From Octopus bimaculoides (taxonomy: Eukaryota), in assembly GCF_001194135.2 (NCBI RefSeq), contig NC_068981.1, forward strand, positions 174,839,096 through 174,885,398: 46,303 nt of DNA, given 5' to 3'. A program made the translations under genes and the position numbers. Of this stretch, positions 1 through 12,770 are shown one piece after another (the first letter of the stretch is position 1; every line of letters begins with the position of its first letter). The notes below the pieces were generated by a model. The model was not told the origin of the DNA. It saw only the letters and a list, made by a program, of their open reading frames with translations, and did not search any database.

Positions 1-325
1 AAAACTGTTTAGCAACAGATCGCCAGCAATTGCTTCATCACAAATTGCCATCCTAGCTCCTGTGAAAAGGGATATCCCTGCTATGTATAATCAGGGCAGC
101 GCAAAAAGTTATTTTGCACAAGCATTTCTATAGCCAATTACACGGATGAAATTTACGTATGCTTAATAATTTTACGCAAAACAGCCTTCAGACTTTCCCT
201 ATTCATTTCATCGTCTTTTGAATTATGAACATATTTACATCATAAGGGTTTTTTTAATTGTAAGGCTTTCGTTTTTAGTTGATTTTCAGCTAGCAAGACT
301 TATCGTAGATGGCATAATAAGTCAC

Positions 326-355
326 ACCCGGACAAGGTCGGGTTATACTGCTAGT
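326..355 (+). mobile_element. Helitron-type 3' terminus (hairpin + CTAG|T)
   Basis: ACCCGGAC-AAG-GTCGGGT imperfect GC-rich hairpin (326-343), short spacer, CTAG (351-354) then T. This is the canonical Helitron 3' end layout; the 5' TC end was not identified. Confidence 0.5.
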
Positions 356-1050
356 ACGTTTATAAAATTAGTGTGTGTTTGTGTATGACTGTATAACCAC
401 ACAAATGCCTATACACAACATGTAGAACATAATACACTTTAAACAATACGGATCTCTATATAAACAATAATAAACTGCCGTATCACTGAAGTTACGTTTT
501 CTATTCCCAGCAACAGAAACAACCAATCACATCTCTATTAAAACATTGCTATTAGTCATATCAATTCCTTACCAAAGCAAATTCCACTCACATTTAATAT
601 TATATTTTAATGGGGGCACGATATTTTAGCAAATTATTCAAATTTGTCTCACAGACTCAATGTATTACAACTTTCATGCAATATCTTCAATGAATTCTCC
701 TTCTTTGTGAACTGAAATTTCAATATTTGGTGATCGGAAACACGTAAAGCTGTAACGAACTTTATTGCAAACCGCAAACCGTCTCGTAATCTAGTTTTTA
801 AAGGTTAAATTGCGAAATTAGTAGAGTTAACATTAAATGGGAGCATTATTTGTTGTAGAGGTGAAATGACCGCAAGCATATCATAGAACCTCTGAAGCAA
901 ATTTCTAAAGAGAAAATATAATAAGAATGTAATTATATCAAGAAAGAAAGCAAGAAAATGAAATAATTTTAGATAAGCAAAATATTAGTTTTCCCAGCAG
1001 AAACTTCGCGGAATATCAGCTAGTGTCTTTTATTATATTATAGATGCGCT

Positions 1051-1080
1051 GAATTTGATTGGCTCGGCGCCATTTTGAAG
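1051..1080 (+). promoter_or_regulatory. Promoter-like element: reverse CCAAT box plus YY1-type motif
   Basis: GATTGG at 1057-1062 directly followed by GGCGCCATTTTG (1066-1077; reverse CAAAATGGCGCC, YY1 consensus) in a CpG-containing patch within AT-rich DNA. Confidence 0.45.
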
Positions 1081-1210
1081 ATGTCTCGGTGTTTTCTGTT
1101 GAATTCAAGCCAGTTAAGAGCAAAAAGGTGTTGGAACAAAGTCAACTTATTTTTTCAGCAATTTTTCTTGCTTTCTTCTGTTTCTTATTCGGTCAAATCT
1201 ACAAGATAAG
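1081..1210 (+). other. Candidate first exon of an unidentified + strand gene
   Basis: Lies just after the promoter-like motifs and ends at donor AAG|GTAAAT (GT 1211-1212), followed by AT-rich intron-like DNA. ATG 1081 opens 42 codons ending at TAA 1207-1209. The start is approximate. Confidence 0.35.
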
Positions 1211-2785
1211 GTAAATGTGGATGAGCCTATGTTTATTAATACGGAATTCGTTTATGAAATGAAAGAAAAAAGTAGACTATAGTTTAGATATTTTTAGGTT
1301 TTAGTAATTTTCTTGTTTATTAATTAGAAATGCTTGTATAGAAGAATTTAATTACACGTTATTACATAATTTCTTGTGATAATTTTAGTTTCAACTTCAG
1401 TTTTTTTTTTACGTTAGATTCCAGCAAATATTTGATAAGTAATTTCACCCCTCCATCCACTCTCTATTTATCTTTTTCTCTCTTCTTACATTTTTAGCAT
1501 TTTTGTTTTTTGTTTCTCATTTTTCATTAACTCATTCATTAACCATCTATTTTCTTTATTTTCTGTATCAAATTCGTTCATTTCTCTTTATCTTTCATTC
1601 ATCAATACCTCCCTTGACTTGCTTTTTTAGCCTCTACATCTTTTAATAATCGATATAAAACAGTAAACTGAATCTTACCTAGCTTTCTGTGATTTCTTGT
1701 CCCACAATATGCAAATGATACATCAAATTTTCTAACAAGTCCTCACGTCTCTCGAACTTTCTGATGCCCGACTCCCTACATCTCTCTCCCTCTCTCACTT
1801 GACCATTCTCTGTCTCATCTTACAAAGGCGTTCTTCAGCAATTAAAAGGCTTGTTAGGAGACCATTTCCAGCCCAGAAGTCAGTTAAATATACGGATAAT
1901 TTTTTTGAGTATAAATTCCACAGAATGATTTGCCTTACGACTCAAGTTTCCAGTCTAAAGATCAATTTGATGTACATCTGTAGATATCAAAGTTTGAGAA
2001 TTAACTCTACCGAATGCTTTGACATACAACAAACATCAACTACATTTTGCTCTTAACTTTGAATGAAACCTGCATCTTTCCATATTACCAACTCGCTATG
2101 GAGTTCTGATAGAACTAATCAGCATAAGATAGAATAATTTGCGAAAACAATAGGCTTAATATGAGAATTAATGTGTATATAAATAAAATGATCTTTAGCT
2201 TCCATGTAGCTTACAAAAATAATATGCCTTGGTTAACGGTTATTTTAACATATGATCCATATATTTGCCTTCTTTCAAAGGACTTTACGGAAAAGACCCT
2301 CACTTAAATTATTATCAAAAATGTCATTTTAGAAAACCAAATTTTCTCGAGTTCTGTTCAGTATTGTACTATTATTTTGTTCCTACCGTCAGCATACCCA
2401 AGTAGTTACTTGGGCAGATTTCGAAGCGTTTCATTTCTACGATTTATTTCTAATTGAATGATAAAATAGCAATTTCCTTCCCAGCCTCTCTGTGGAAATA
2501 TTCAAAAGACCCCTCCCCCCAAACTGCAAAAACTTCTAACAAACATATTCGAATATAGTGCGTAAAATGTTTAGAGATTTGAATAATATAGAGTCTTGCT
2601 TAAACCAAGCAACAGAAGTGAGATGTAACAAACGGAGACATATGGATACGCTTAACAAAACCTAAAGCTACCTATTTACGATTTATGTTTTGGAGTTATA
2701 TATATATATATTGAAAGAAAGTAATCTATCAGGTTAAAGTAAAATTGTTTTTTTCATAACTGAGCATAAAAACAAACTTGAGCAA

Positions 2786-2786
<1 letters not shown>

Positions 2787-2864
<78 letters not shown>
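2787..2864. repeat. (CTAT)n microsatellite
   Basis: Direct reading. Confidence 0.95.
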
Positions 2865-5800
2865 ATAACATACACATATGTATATAAGTATTTATACGCA
2901 TGCACGCACAAATACATACATATATGTGTGTGAGTGGGTGTGCAATGTGATATAACTTGAAAATAGACGAACAAATATTCTAAGAAAGCAATTTAACTCG
3001 TATCTTTTTAATACAATAAACATAAAAGAATATAAACAAAATAAAAGAATATAAATAAATCATAACATTATTGGTCATAAGAAAAGATTAGTTATGCAAA
3101 AGCTTCTGAGGCCATTTCAGAAAAGACACTTCTTATCAATGGATTATTTTAAGCTGTTTTATATGCTGGTTGATGAAAGAAACTTTATAAAAGCGACATT
3201 TCTCTTTTATAAGATAAATCAAGAAATACAGCGATTATACATTTAGTAATTCCTATGAATTTTCAGAAATTTCCTCGTTATTATTTTTTTTTTTACTGAA
3301 AGAAGCACATATCTCATTCGACTAGAGAGGCGAATTACAACCTGACTTGTCATGTCATGAGGACTGTAATACAGGAGCAAATCTATGAAACGGGAGAGGA
3401 CAAAACCCTATTCAGTTTTTTCTAAAATCATATAGTTAATCAGGTGTAGTAGGAAGAAATTTTATGTATGTTTCTGGATATAACAGATCCACCAATCCGA
3501 TGTCCAGTTTATATTTTTGTTGCTAAAATTGGTGAATAAAACGTAATCGTTTCTATGAATAATGAATTTTATCCAACAGTTGTTTATCGCAGGGTATATG
3601 GAGTAACATACATTAAGTGTAATGGCAAGAAATTAAACACAGAATCGTGTTGGTTTGCCGAGGAGCAAAAGCTATTGTATGTGAACTAGACGACATAAAT
3701 GAGGTAACAGAGCACTGCAGGTATTTCCATTTGTAATGTAGTCGTGGTCAATCTTTTATAGTTAACTACTCATGAACTATCATCAACGATTGTGAAGTCA
3801 CATAACTGTAAAGCTTATGAAAAAATTTTATTGCTTATTGTTCATAATTAAAGCAGATTTCCATTGAGAAACTAAACATAACTTTCTATTGTGATATTAA
3901 GGTGAGATAAGCAAATATTTAATTATTGGATCAACGGTATGATTATAAATTCTTGCTGATTTATTTACTAACATACGGGCTAGGAAGACAAAACTATTGT
4001 GGTTATTTCCAGCTGTGGTAGTTTGGTTATATAACTTTATTATTGCAATATTATATTAATGCAGTAATTCTTTTTTTGTAAAAGGGAATGTACACCCACT
4101 CTCCAATTGATACGCGAAATCTTTAAGCACCACTATAGAATATATGTGTAAATGTTATTTAGAAAAGTTAGTTATGCACAACATAAATGAGGAACATGTT
4201 TATCAGCAACTCATCAGTGTAGGTCATACAGTATCATCTAAATCTCATTAAGTCTGTCGTGAACTGCTGTGCCATCTTCATTGAGATTAGTCTCATTACA
4301 ATCGACACGACACAACGTCTATAGCTTCCGTCGCATCTCCACCCTAATAATGTAATAGTGACTTGATATTAGAAGGCTTTTCTATAGCTCCCCAATTTGT
4401 TTGTTCAGGAAAAAGGGCCATTAGAATGAAATATGTTACCATCAGCTGCAATAGAAAAAAGATTTAAAAAATGAATATCTGATAACATGGAAGAGGGACA
4501 GAAATCGAAATAAGTAGATGAAAAATAGTGAGAGTATGACGAGGATCACGGATGGAGTGGGGAGGAAAAAGTGACAGAGAAAGAGAAAACAAGAATGGCT
4601 GTTGAGTCATCTAGGAAAGAGGAGAAAGAAGGAAAGAAAACAAATAGAATAAAAGACCATTTCAAACCCCAGAAGTGAGTAAAGGATCTTGATAGTGATA
4701 AATCTCATTGTAATGTGACTGGATTAGTTATGGGGACAATCGGTTTGAATTCAGTCTCGACAAGCAAACCTTTCAATCCTCACATATCGAAGGTTAATGT
4801 GAATCTCGAACCCTTTAAATAACAAGGAAGGAATGTAGAATTATAAAATGATAAATAACAGAAAACAGAAACAATCCTACCAAAAAAGGATTTAATATTT
4901 TCAATACTTTGCAAAGCTACTTGCGATGAGTAAATATTGTCATTTTATCTGTAGATCTCTTTACAGTTAAGCTATTTCATTAATGTGGACAGAATATTTC
5001 TGAACATCTCAGAATATGAGATACGCGCTTAGCATGTCCTGTGGGATCGTTTCTAACAAAGTCGTTTCCCTTAAATGATGTTGCATTCATGAAATGAATG
5101 ACTATCGCACAACCTAAATTTCATACCACTTCAAAATCTATGTTATTACACAGAATTAAGAAATCTGTATGTACAAAGTGTAACCTATAAACTACAGTAT
5201 GTTCAAGCGAAAGGTGCTGTTTGTATCTTTTATTTTTTGGTTTAGATTTTGTCAAATTTATGTTTCGTGCTCTGTTATGTTTGTGTCTTTTATTGTACAA
5301 ATGTAAGTGCTTAAGCTCGGAACTACTGTATGTTTTATATTAATTTATTTGATATTTTTAGCGTTTGAAAACAATTTTGAAACGCGTTCATTTACTTCAA
5401 TGTCTGACACTATCAATTCTTTTTATCCATCGTTCTGAAATCTAGAGAAATTATAATAATTGATTCTTACTCTATGGCTTATTTCCAAACAGAAGTCAGA
5501 TTCTCAGGAAAGCTATGTGTAGAGAAATGCCGAAATGTTCTTCTTCCTTCTCGTTCATACCAATCAGTCTTCGCTCTCAAATTATTTAGGCGTGCCCCAG
5601 TCCGTGCCCCAGCATTTCAAACGTATCCCAGAATTTTGATCATTAGTTTGTGCTTACGTCGTTCCTTTTTCTCCCGTTGTGTACCTATATAAAGAGGCCA
5701 AGAATGCACTCAAACAATGAAAAAAGACTGAGTTTATTACCTGCAAATCACTCATTCACTTCACCATTTTCGATGTTGCCAAATGCTGGGGAAAACTTCA

Positions 5801-6821
5801 TTCTTGCCATTATATAGACAAAACTATATCCCTTTTAGTTTAGATGAAATATTAAACTTTCTACACATAGATCGGGAGTTTGAGAACAGGGACCTTAATC
5901 TACACGTAGCCCATTTTACATAGCTCTGTATAATTGATGCCGAGCTTGCTTCTGGCAAATTTATCCATGATGGATTATTTCTATCTCGTTCCACACTAAG
6001 GAAACCAAAGATGAAAACATAAAACTTGTTCATAAAAATCTGAGATTTGTTAAGGGCTTGAGAAACTAATACCGCCGTCAAGAGATACTATGAGATAATT
6101 TCGTTCTCTTAAATTTCTTGATTACAAAAGTATTACTACTGCTTTTGAGATTAAGTATTTTCTCCTCTTGCAACTAATTGCTACAAATTTGAGGAATTTC
6201 TTAAAATATCTCCGAAGTTTCAAAAAAAAAAAATATATATATACATGTGTGATAAATCAAAGAATCCCTTTAAACACTTGTGGAAATATTTTCGAACTTT
6301 TGGCAAGAAAAAAAAAACGACGACCCTAAAAAAAAAAATGCATGAAAATAAGGTTGCTAGACAACCCCGACCACCAAGAAAAAAATCAAATCCTCTGTAA
6401 AATGGTGTCTTTAATTTAAAACTACTTTCTCTCTCTCTCTCTTTATATATATATATATATATATATATNNNNNNNNNNNNNNNNNNNNNNNNNNNNNNNN
6501 NNNNNNNNNNNNNNNNNNNNNNNNNNNNNNNNNNNNNNNNNNNNNNNNNNNNNNNNNNNNNNNNNNNNNNNNNNNNNNNNNNNNNNNNNNNNNNNNNNNN
6601 NNNNNNNNNNNNNNNNNNNNNNNNNNNNNNNNNNNNNNNNNNNNNNNNNNNNNNNNNNNNNNNNNNNNNNNNNNNNNNNNNNNNNNNNNNNNNNNNNNNN
6701 NNNNNNNNNNNNNNNNNNNNNNNNNNNNNNNNNNNNNNNNNNNNNNNNNNNNNNNNNNNNNNNNNNNNNNNNNNNNNNNNNNNNNNNNNNNNACTCAAAT
6801 ACCAGAGGTAGAGTAATATGG

Positions 6822-6977
6822 TTTATTTAAAAGCAGGGGAAATATAGCAAAAAAACTGTTACTCGGAGTTTCACGTTCCCGTTCATCAGACAGTTTTGTT
6901 AGAAATGGGAAAGATGAACGGGAACATGAAACTCAGAGTAACAGTTTTTTGTTATATTTCTGCTGCTTTTAAATAAA
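6822..6977. repeat. Long inverted repeat (arms 6822-6887 and 6913-6977, 25-nt spacer)
   Basis: The arms are reverse complements with a few mismatches; each carries the hammerhead-bearing segment. Confidence 0.9.
6852..6897 (-). ncRNA. Minimal type I hammerhead ribozyme (PLE-type)
   Basis: Minus strand reads AAAACUGU-CUGAUGA-ACG(GGAA)CGU-GAAA-CUC(C)GAG-UA-ACAGUUUU: 8-bp stem I, intact CUGAUGA and GAAA cores, 3-bp stem II with tetraloop, short near-palindromic stem III, GUA cleavage triplet. Confidence 0.85.
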
Positions 6978-8521
6978 GTATATATATATAGATATATATA
7001 TATATATATATATATCCAAGTTTATGCAGTATATACTTATAACTCGAGACGTTGAAAGCGGAACTTTTGGCACTAAGTAGTAGCGCCCAATTTTATGATT
7101 TTCAATGCTTTCGGTGCTAAAGTTTGGTTGCATTCCTGTCAAGACCTTTCGGACATTAGTTACTTTAATTTAAATCGAATGCCGCAAATATTTGTATTCA
7201 CGTCAGGTAGAAGTGAACCCTATTCTCTGTTATGTTAATAACATTTACCCTGAAGTTTAATGAACGAATTTATGAACTTACAGGAATATTGATATTACCC
7301 GAAAGAATATTAACTAGGTTAAATATTGATTTACTTTGTAAATACGCTGAAAACTTTAGATTCATAGCAGAAAAGGAATTGTATGCTTTCACTTATCCTT
7401 AGAGCAGTAGTTTTGGAAGTGAAAGGAAATGACTTCAACCAAGATGCTAAACCACACCACAAATTCGACTTGCAATTAGATTCTCTACTTTTCTAAGTCA
7501 GATGATACGACTGTGATGTATGTGATCTTTATAGATTATATAAAAATAATAACGTACATAACATAAAACTGTAAATTTATATTTTGATTTTTAAAATTCT
7601 TGCAGCTAAAAGGTTTCCTTCAATACAAGTTAGCCATAGTAAATAGCATGCATGCTTAAAATTACTCCCATACAAGGAGAGAAAATTAACTGCTAAAGTT
7701 TTTCAGCATCATATCATTTAAAGCAATCATGAAAGCTAGAAAATTTTAAAATGATGTTGATGTGCATTATTACCCTGGACATCTAATTCTTAGGTTGTTT
7801 TTCGATTATAAATGTCTCATTATATATAAGCTATATATTTATGATTATTAATAACGTCTGCGCAATACTGGAAACATAGCTAGCTTTCAATAAATTAATG
7901 TCTTTTTGTATTATTCACTAATGGTTTCTATAAATGTCTACAGTTAGAGCTGGTTTCTTTTGTTAATTATATTACTTTTCTTTGGTGAATTTCTATAGTT
8001 GTTATTATCAAATATACTTTGTCTTCTTCATGAAATGTGATTATAAAATGTAATTATCTTTCATAGACTAAAACATATGATAAATATTTACTGTTAACAG
8101 AAAATTTTCAGATAATATTCTTATGAATTGCATGGTCGGCTCTGTGTAGAAACAGTTCAAGGAAGACGGTAAGTTCAAATGTACTAGATTATTAAACTAT
8201 TCATCATGTTTTCCTGTTATAGTTAACGCATCTACGTTTAAGGTAAAAGCGCAACTTGATTGTGTCTCTTGTTCTTCTATATTATTACAAACCAATATAT
8301 GTATGTATATATGTATGTATATATGTGTGAGTATATAATTTACCCCCCACGATCTCTGTATTTACTTCGAACACTCTATCAGTGTCGTATTTTTTCTTGT
8401 ATTCTCATGCAGAATTGAAACGAGTAGCAACGCTACCATGTGGCACACTTGATGGAATGGGAAGATCTCATTAATTGCCTTATTAATCCATAAATAATGA
8501 ATATTTATCCACCAAAGCGGT

Positions 8522-8557
<36 letters not shown>

Positions 8558-8567
<10 letters not shown>

Positions 8568-8735
8568 CAAATTATATATGAACATATGCATGTATACATA
8601 CATATATGTACATGCCTACATCTACATGTATATATAGATGCATATCCGGGTACAGGAAGTCAGAAAAGGAACGGAAACATAAAGCACAAAATGGACTTTG
8701 TTTACAGACAACAGAATGAACACATAGGAAAACAG
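8558..8735 (+). mobile_element. Non-autonomous dispersed repeat, inverted copy of 13815-13960
   Basis: Shares ATAATACAAA...TACATCTACATGT...ATGCATATC.GGGTACAGGA...TACAGACAAC.GAA.GAACACATAGGAAAAC with the reverse complement of 13815-13960. Confidence 0.75.
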
Positions 8736-9461
8736 ACGAGATATACACACATATATCGTTGTTCATTATGTTTTCTTGAAAAGCTATATCTCTTAAAGAA
8801 ATTGGGACCATTTTAAGAAATACATCTTATCGTAATTCTAATTTTAAGGCCACTGGAAACATCGTAAGTTATTAATATTTTGTTTACATCTTTTTGATAT
8901 TTTCTTTATCGTAACGTTGGTTATCTCCCTTGTGTTTTCCTTTCCGTCTTCTTCCTTATGAGCGTTCCTTGGTCAAACATCATCTGCTTGAAACGCAAAT
9001 GACAAACGGTATAGTTCTGAGCTTGAAAAAGGGCGTAGTAAATTAATGTTTAAGCCTGGAAAACCTGCGTTGCTGTATTTCACAAGAATTGTGATTTTCA
9101 TTACAACATTATCTCTACTATCTTAGCTGATCGAGTGCTATTCTACTTCTTCAAGCTTTACTATATTATGGGAATTACAAATGTGTAAATTTTCTAAGCC
9201 TAATCACGTGATCGTCTTCTGCCAATCAAATTGTATTTTAAATATATACTAATTTGGTGCATGTTCCTCCGTAAAAACAAGAGAATTTTCGAATTCTACT
9301 TAGAGGCAAGAAGGATGCGGCATAATCCATCGTCTTTCTATCTCACTTAACTTTTTTGAAAATCAGGAAAAGTATCTAAAAGTCTCCCAGTGCATTTTCA
9401 ACATTTTATACTATATTTCTACCCGCGTGAAATAAATTAACTTTCTACATCCCCACCCCCA

Positions 9462-9505
<44 letters not shown>

Positions 9506-10329
9506 TACTTATATAATTGTATACATATACACGCACGAAATGAAAGGAGCTGCTGATATTTTCATCCACCCATTTCGTTGTTGGTAAAAGATGTTACTCC
9601 CATCTATCGTTTGGAGAATAGGATTAAGGGGATTTATTATGGTAATAACTAAACAGTAGTCGTTTCTGAAGAATCATTTATCGGTACGAAATAACCAGCC
9701 TATCGCAGCTGGATAGACTGTAGAATGCTCGAATCTAATCCAGCTTTAGAACATGTTAAGCTCAATCATTCATGCTATATACATCACGTTTCTATATATT
9801 ATGGATTTCAATTTAGCATGGCTACCTCTGTCTTGATTCTACTCCTAATATGAAATGATCGTTAACAAAACCTTATATGTAAATGAACCGACTGGCTGAC
9901 GACAATTTAAGTTTCCCATACTATAAACTCTGATAACTGCTATTCAAATCTCACGTAAAGTAAACACAATCTTCCAGTGTTGACTGTTATTTATTACTTG
10001 GAATATAGCAATACAGCTTCTCTCCTAGATAAACAGCAAAATATGTAATGGGTACATAATTACACACAACACATAGCATATACGTACACATCCATTCACA
10101 CGTACTTGCAAAGATTCTCAGTTTACGCACATGTGTATGAACACACACACACATAGACGCACACACAGACACACATACACACACACACACACTCATACAT
10201 ACACACTCACATACATATTTATACGAGATCATATCTGAGCGATTCTTGATCTCATTATCTTTGTTGTAACTAAACTCCTTGTAACAATGTGAAAAGCAAA
10301 GTTATAATAAACTCATTAAAAGGAAGGCG

Positions 10330-10490
10330 GATGATAAGTTGAAGGGCTAAAACCTTACCAGTATTTAGTGGTATCCACTTACGACTTGAGTTCAATTCTA
10401 ACTAGATTCGATACTTTTTTTCTTTCTTCTGAGCTCATGAAAATAAGTAAGTGAAACTGTTCGATTACATCGACTAAATAACTCTCCACA
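10330..10490 (+). mobile_element. Decayed SINE, family A
   Basis: Remnants TGAGTTCAATTC...AAAATAAGTA...TTCGATTACATCGACT colinear with family A copies. Confidence 0.45.
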
Positions 10491-10548
10491 ATGTATGTCT
10501 GTTGTACGGTTCCAAGAAATCTATAAAAACGCAGACGCGTTATACATG

Positions 10549-10552
<4 letters not shown>

Positions 10553-10613
<61 letters not shown>
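10553..10613. repeat. (AC)n microsatellite
   Basis: Direct reading. Confidence 0.95.
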
Positions 10614-10618
<5 letters not shown>

Positions 10619-10787
10619 TAAAAGTTCCAAATGTGAATCTGGTTAACTACATCCAAAAGATGGAGCCTTGTATCTTTGTTGGAAACTGACTGCCACCACA
10701 GTAGAAGATTTATAATAATTAGAAAATAGAAGAGACACACATAAGTACATGCATGCATACATACATACATGCATACATACATACATA

Positions 10788-10791
<4 letters not shown>

Positions 10792-10857
<66 letters not shown>
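10792..10857. repeat. (TA)n microsatellite
   Basis: Direct reading. Confidence 0.95.
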
Positions 10858-10859
<2 letters not shown>

Positions 10860-11845
10860 AAGAAAGTTAGGGGTTGTGAATCCAACCCACTAAGGGATAA
10901 TATATATCCAATATACTGCTGGAAGAATGCCCAATTATTATTACACTAGTGTTTTTTCATTGCATTACCAAGTGCAATAAATGGGTGCAGGTAAAAAGAT
11001 ATTTTACCATTAATTTATATAGCAATAAGAAAATGGAGGGAAATAGGTGGTATTCATCAACTTGCAAACATTGTATTGTGTCAATTTACTTGTTTATTTG
11101 TTTACTAAAAGGGCAATAATAACAATATACAAACACATGTGACATATGTCATATCAGTAAATTAAAAAAATGACGTATAGTGACAGAAAATGGGATAATG
11201 TCTTACAGCTGTTTCAGTTTAGGAGTGAGATGCCTCATTCTACCTTTATCACTCCAGTAGACTGAAGTAATTAATAGATGAAATAGAGCTACATAGATGA
11301 TTCTCTAGGGCTCTTCAGAGATTTTATAAAGTTCATAAAAACGGTAAAAACCCACATACATATGCATACTTCAACATATACATAGATATACATAAATTAT
11401 TTCATCTATGTGTGTGTGTGTGTATTTCACGGTCATGTGAAGTTGACAGCAGCGATTCACGCCCGACCACCGACAATAAACAACTTTGTACCTAGTTATA
11501 AAAGGTATAGTCACTTAGGAAATATATTAACTGTAGCCATAATCTTATAGGTAATATAATTAGGATCTGAACATCGTTAGTTCTGCTCCAGGACCGGGTG
11601 GTTACGGATTTGCGTCCTTGTGCAATGGCGCTTCATTTGACATTGCTTCAGTCTGCTTAGCTCTAAATGCTTACCATCCTATTTCTGGTGCAGCTACTTT
11701 TTCTGCAGATTTCACAACCCCGATGTTATGTTGGGTCTAATTTGGAAGGGACGTGATGCTGCACTTGTTTGCTTGCAGCTATATAGCCACCTAAAATGCA
11801 CACAAAATCAGGCACATACACCCCCCCNNNNNNNNNNNNNNNNNN

Positions 11846-11880
<35 letters not shown>

Positions 11881-12650
11881 AACATACTGACGTTGGATTT
11901 GTCCAGATCGATATATATATATAAATAGGTCACAGTTAACGTAAACGTAATCTGTATCCTTTATGCTTTGTATTATTGCTTTATATAATGTATACCTGTT
12001 TCGGAAAACCGGCCATCGCTCCCTGAGTGTAAAGACCCTCTTACGCCATAAATGCAGTGGACTTACTTCCTCAGTATTATTGGAAAAAACTACAGTACAA
12101 AGTATGCAAATTATATAGAGTTAGGTTTTCGTTGAAGAACAGAATCGAGAGAGACAAAGGTGTGAGGTTAAGAGAGCGTAAGAGAAGTGTGTAATTGTGG
12201 GGAGAAAGCAAGAACATCAAGACCACGCCTTACCTTATGAAAATAATAACAATAACAATTAACAACAATAAGGTCAATGAAAATCAATAAAAATCCCAAC
12301 AGCAGTAATAACTATAAAAATGATAATAGTAAAAAGAATGATGAATACAAATAAAAATTTGTAAAAATCAAAATAACAGAGGAACCGCACCCACAAGGAG
12401 AAAATATTTAGTCAACGCTCAGTATCAGAATGCAAAATAAAGAAATAATGAAAAAGAGAAAAGAACAGACCAGAAGATAAAGAAAGACTAAAATGACAGA
12501 TTTATGGCGTTTAAGCAGATAGAGAAAGAGTAGGCAGACTCAGAGTCATGTAACTAGAATGATTCTTTTTGAAACCTCGTCGAGAAAAGAATGTAAGTCT
12601 GGCGCCACGACATGCGCGCACATACTACAAATCATACAGGCGTGTGCATA

Positions 12651-12770
<120 letters not shown>

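Noticed and set aside
1677-2100. Minus-strand coding-looking stretch ending at the strong donor TAG|GTAAGA
   Set aside because: All three frames have several stops and no family is recognised.
2397-2414. CCCAAGTA-GT-TACTTGGG short palindrome
   Set aside because: Isolated 8-bp stem with no supporting context.
5480-5684. Minus frame TQREKKERRKHKLMIKILGYV*NAGARTGARLNNLRAKTDWYEREGRRTF...VWK* with a single TGA after an acceptor-like TATAG (possible selenocysteine)
   Set aside because: No redox motif around the TGA, no SECIS recognised, no known selenoprotein similarity; compatible with chance.
3593-8475. Chain of small + strand exon candidates (3593-3720, 7403-, 7606-, 8112-8168, 8413-)
   Set aside because: Splice-like sites exist, but no consistent or recognisable protein could be assembled.
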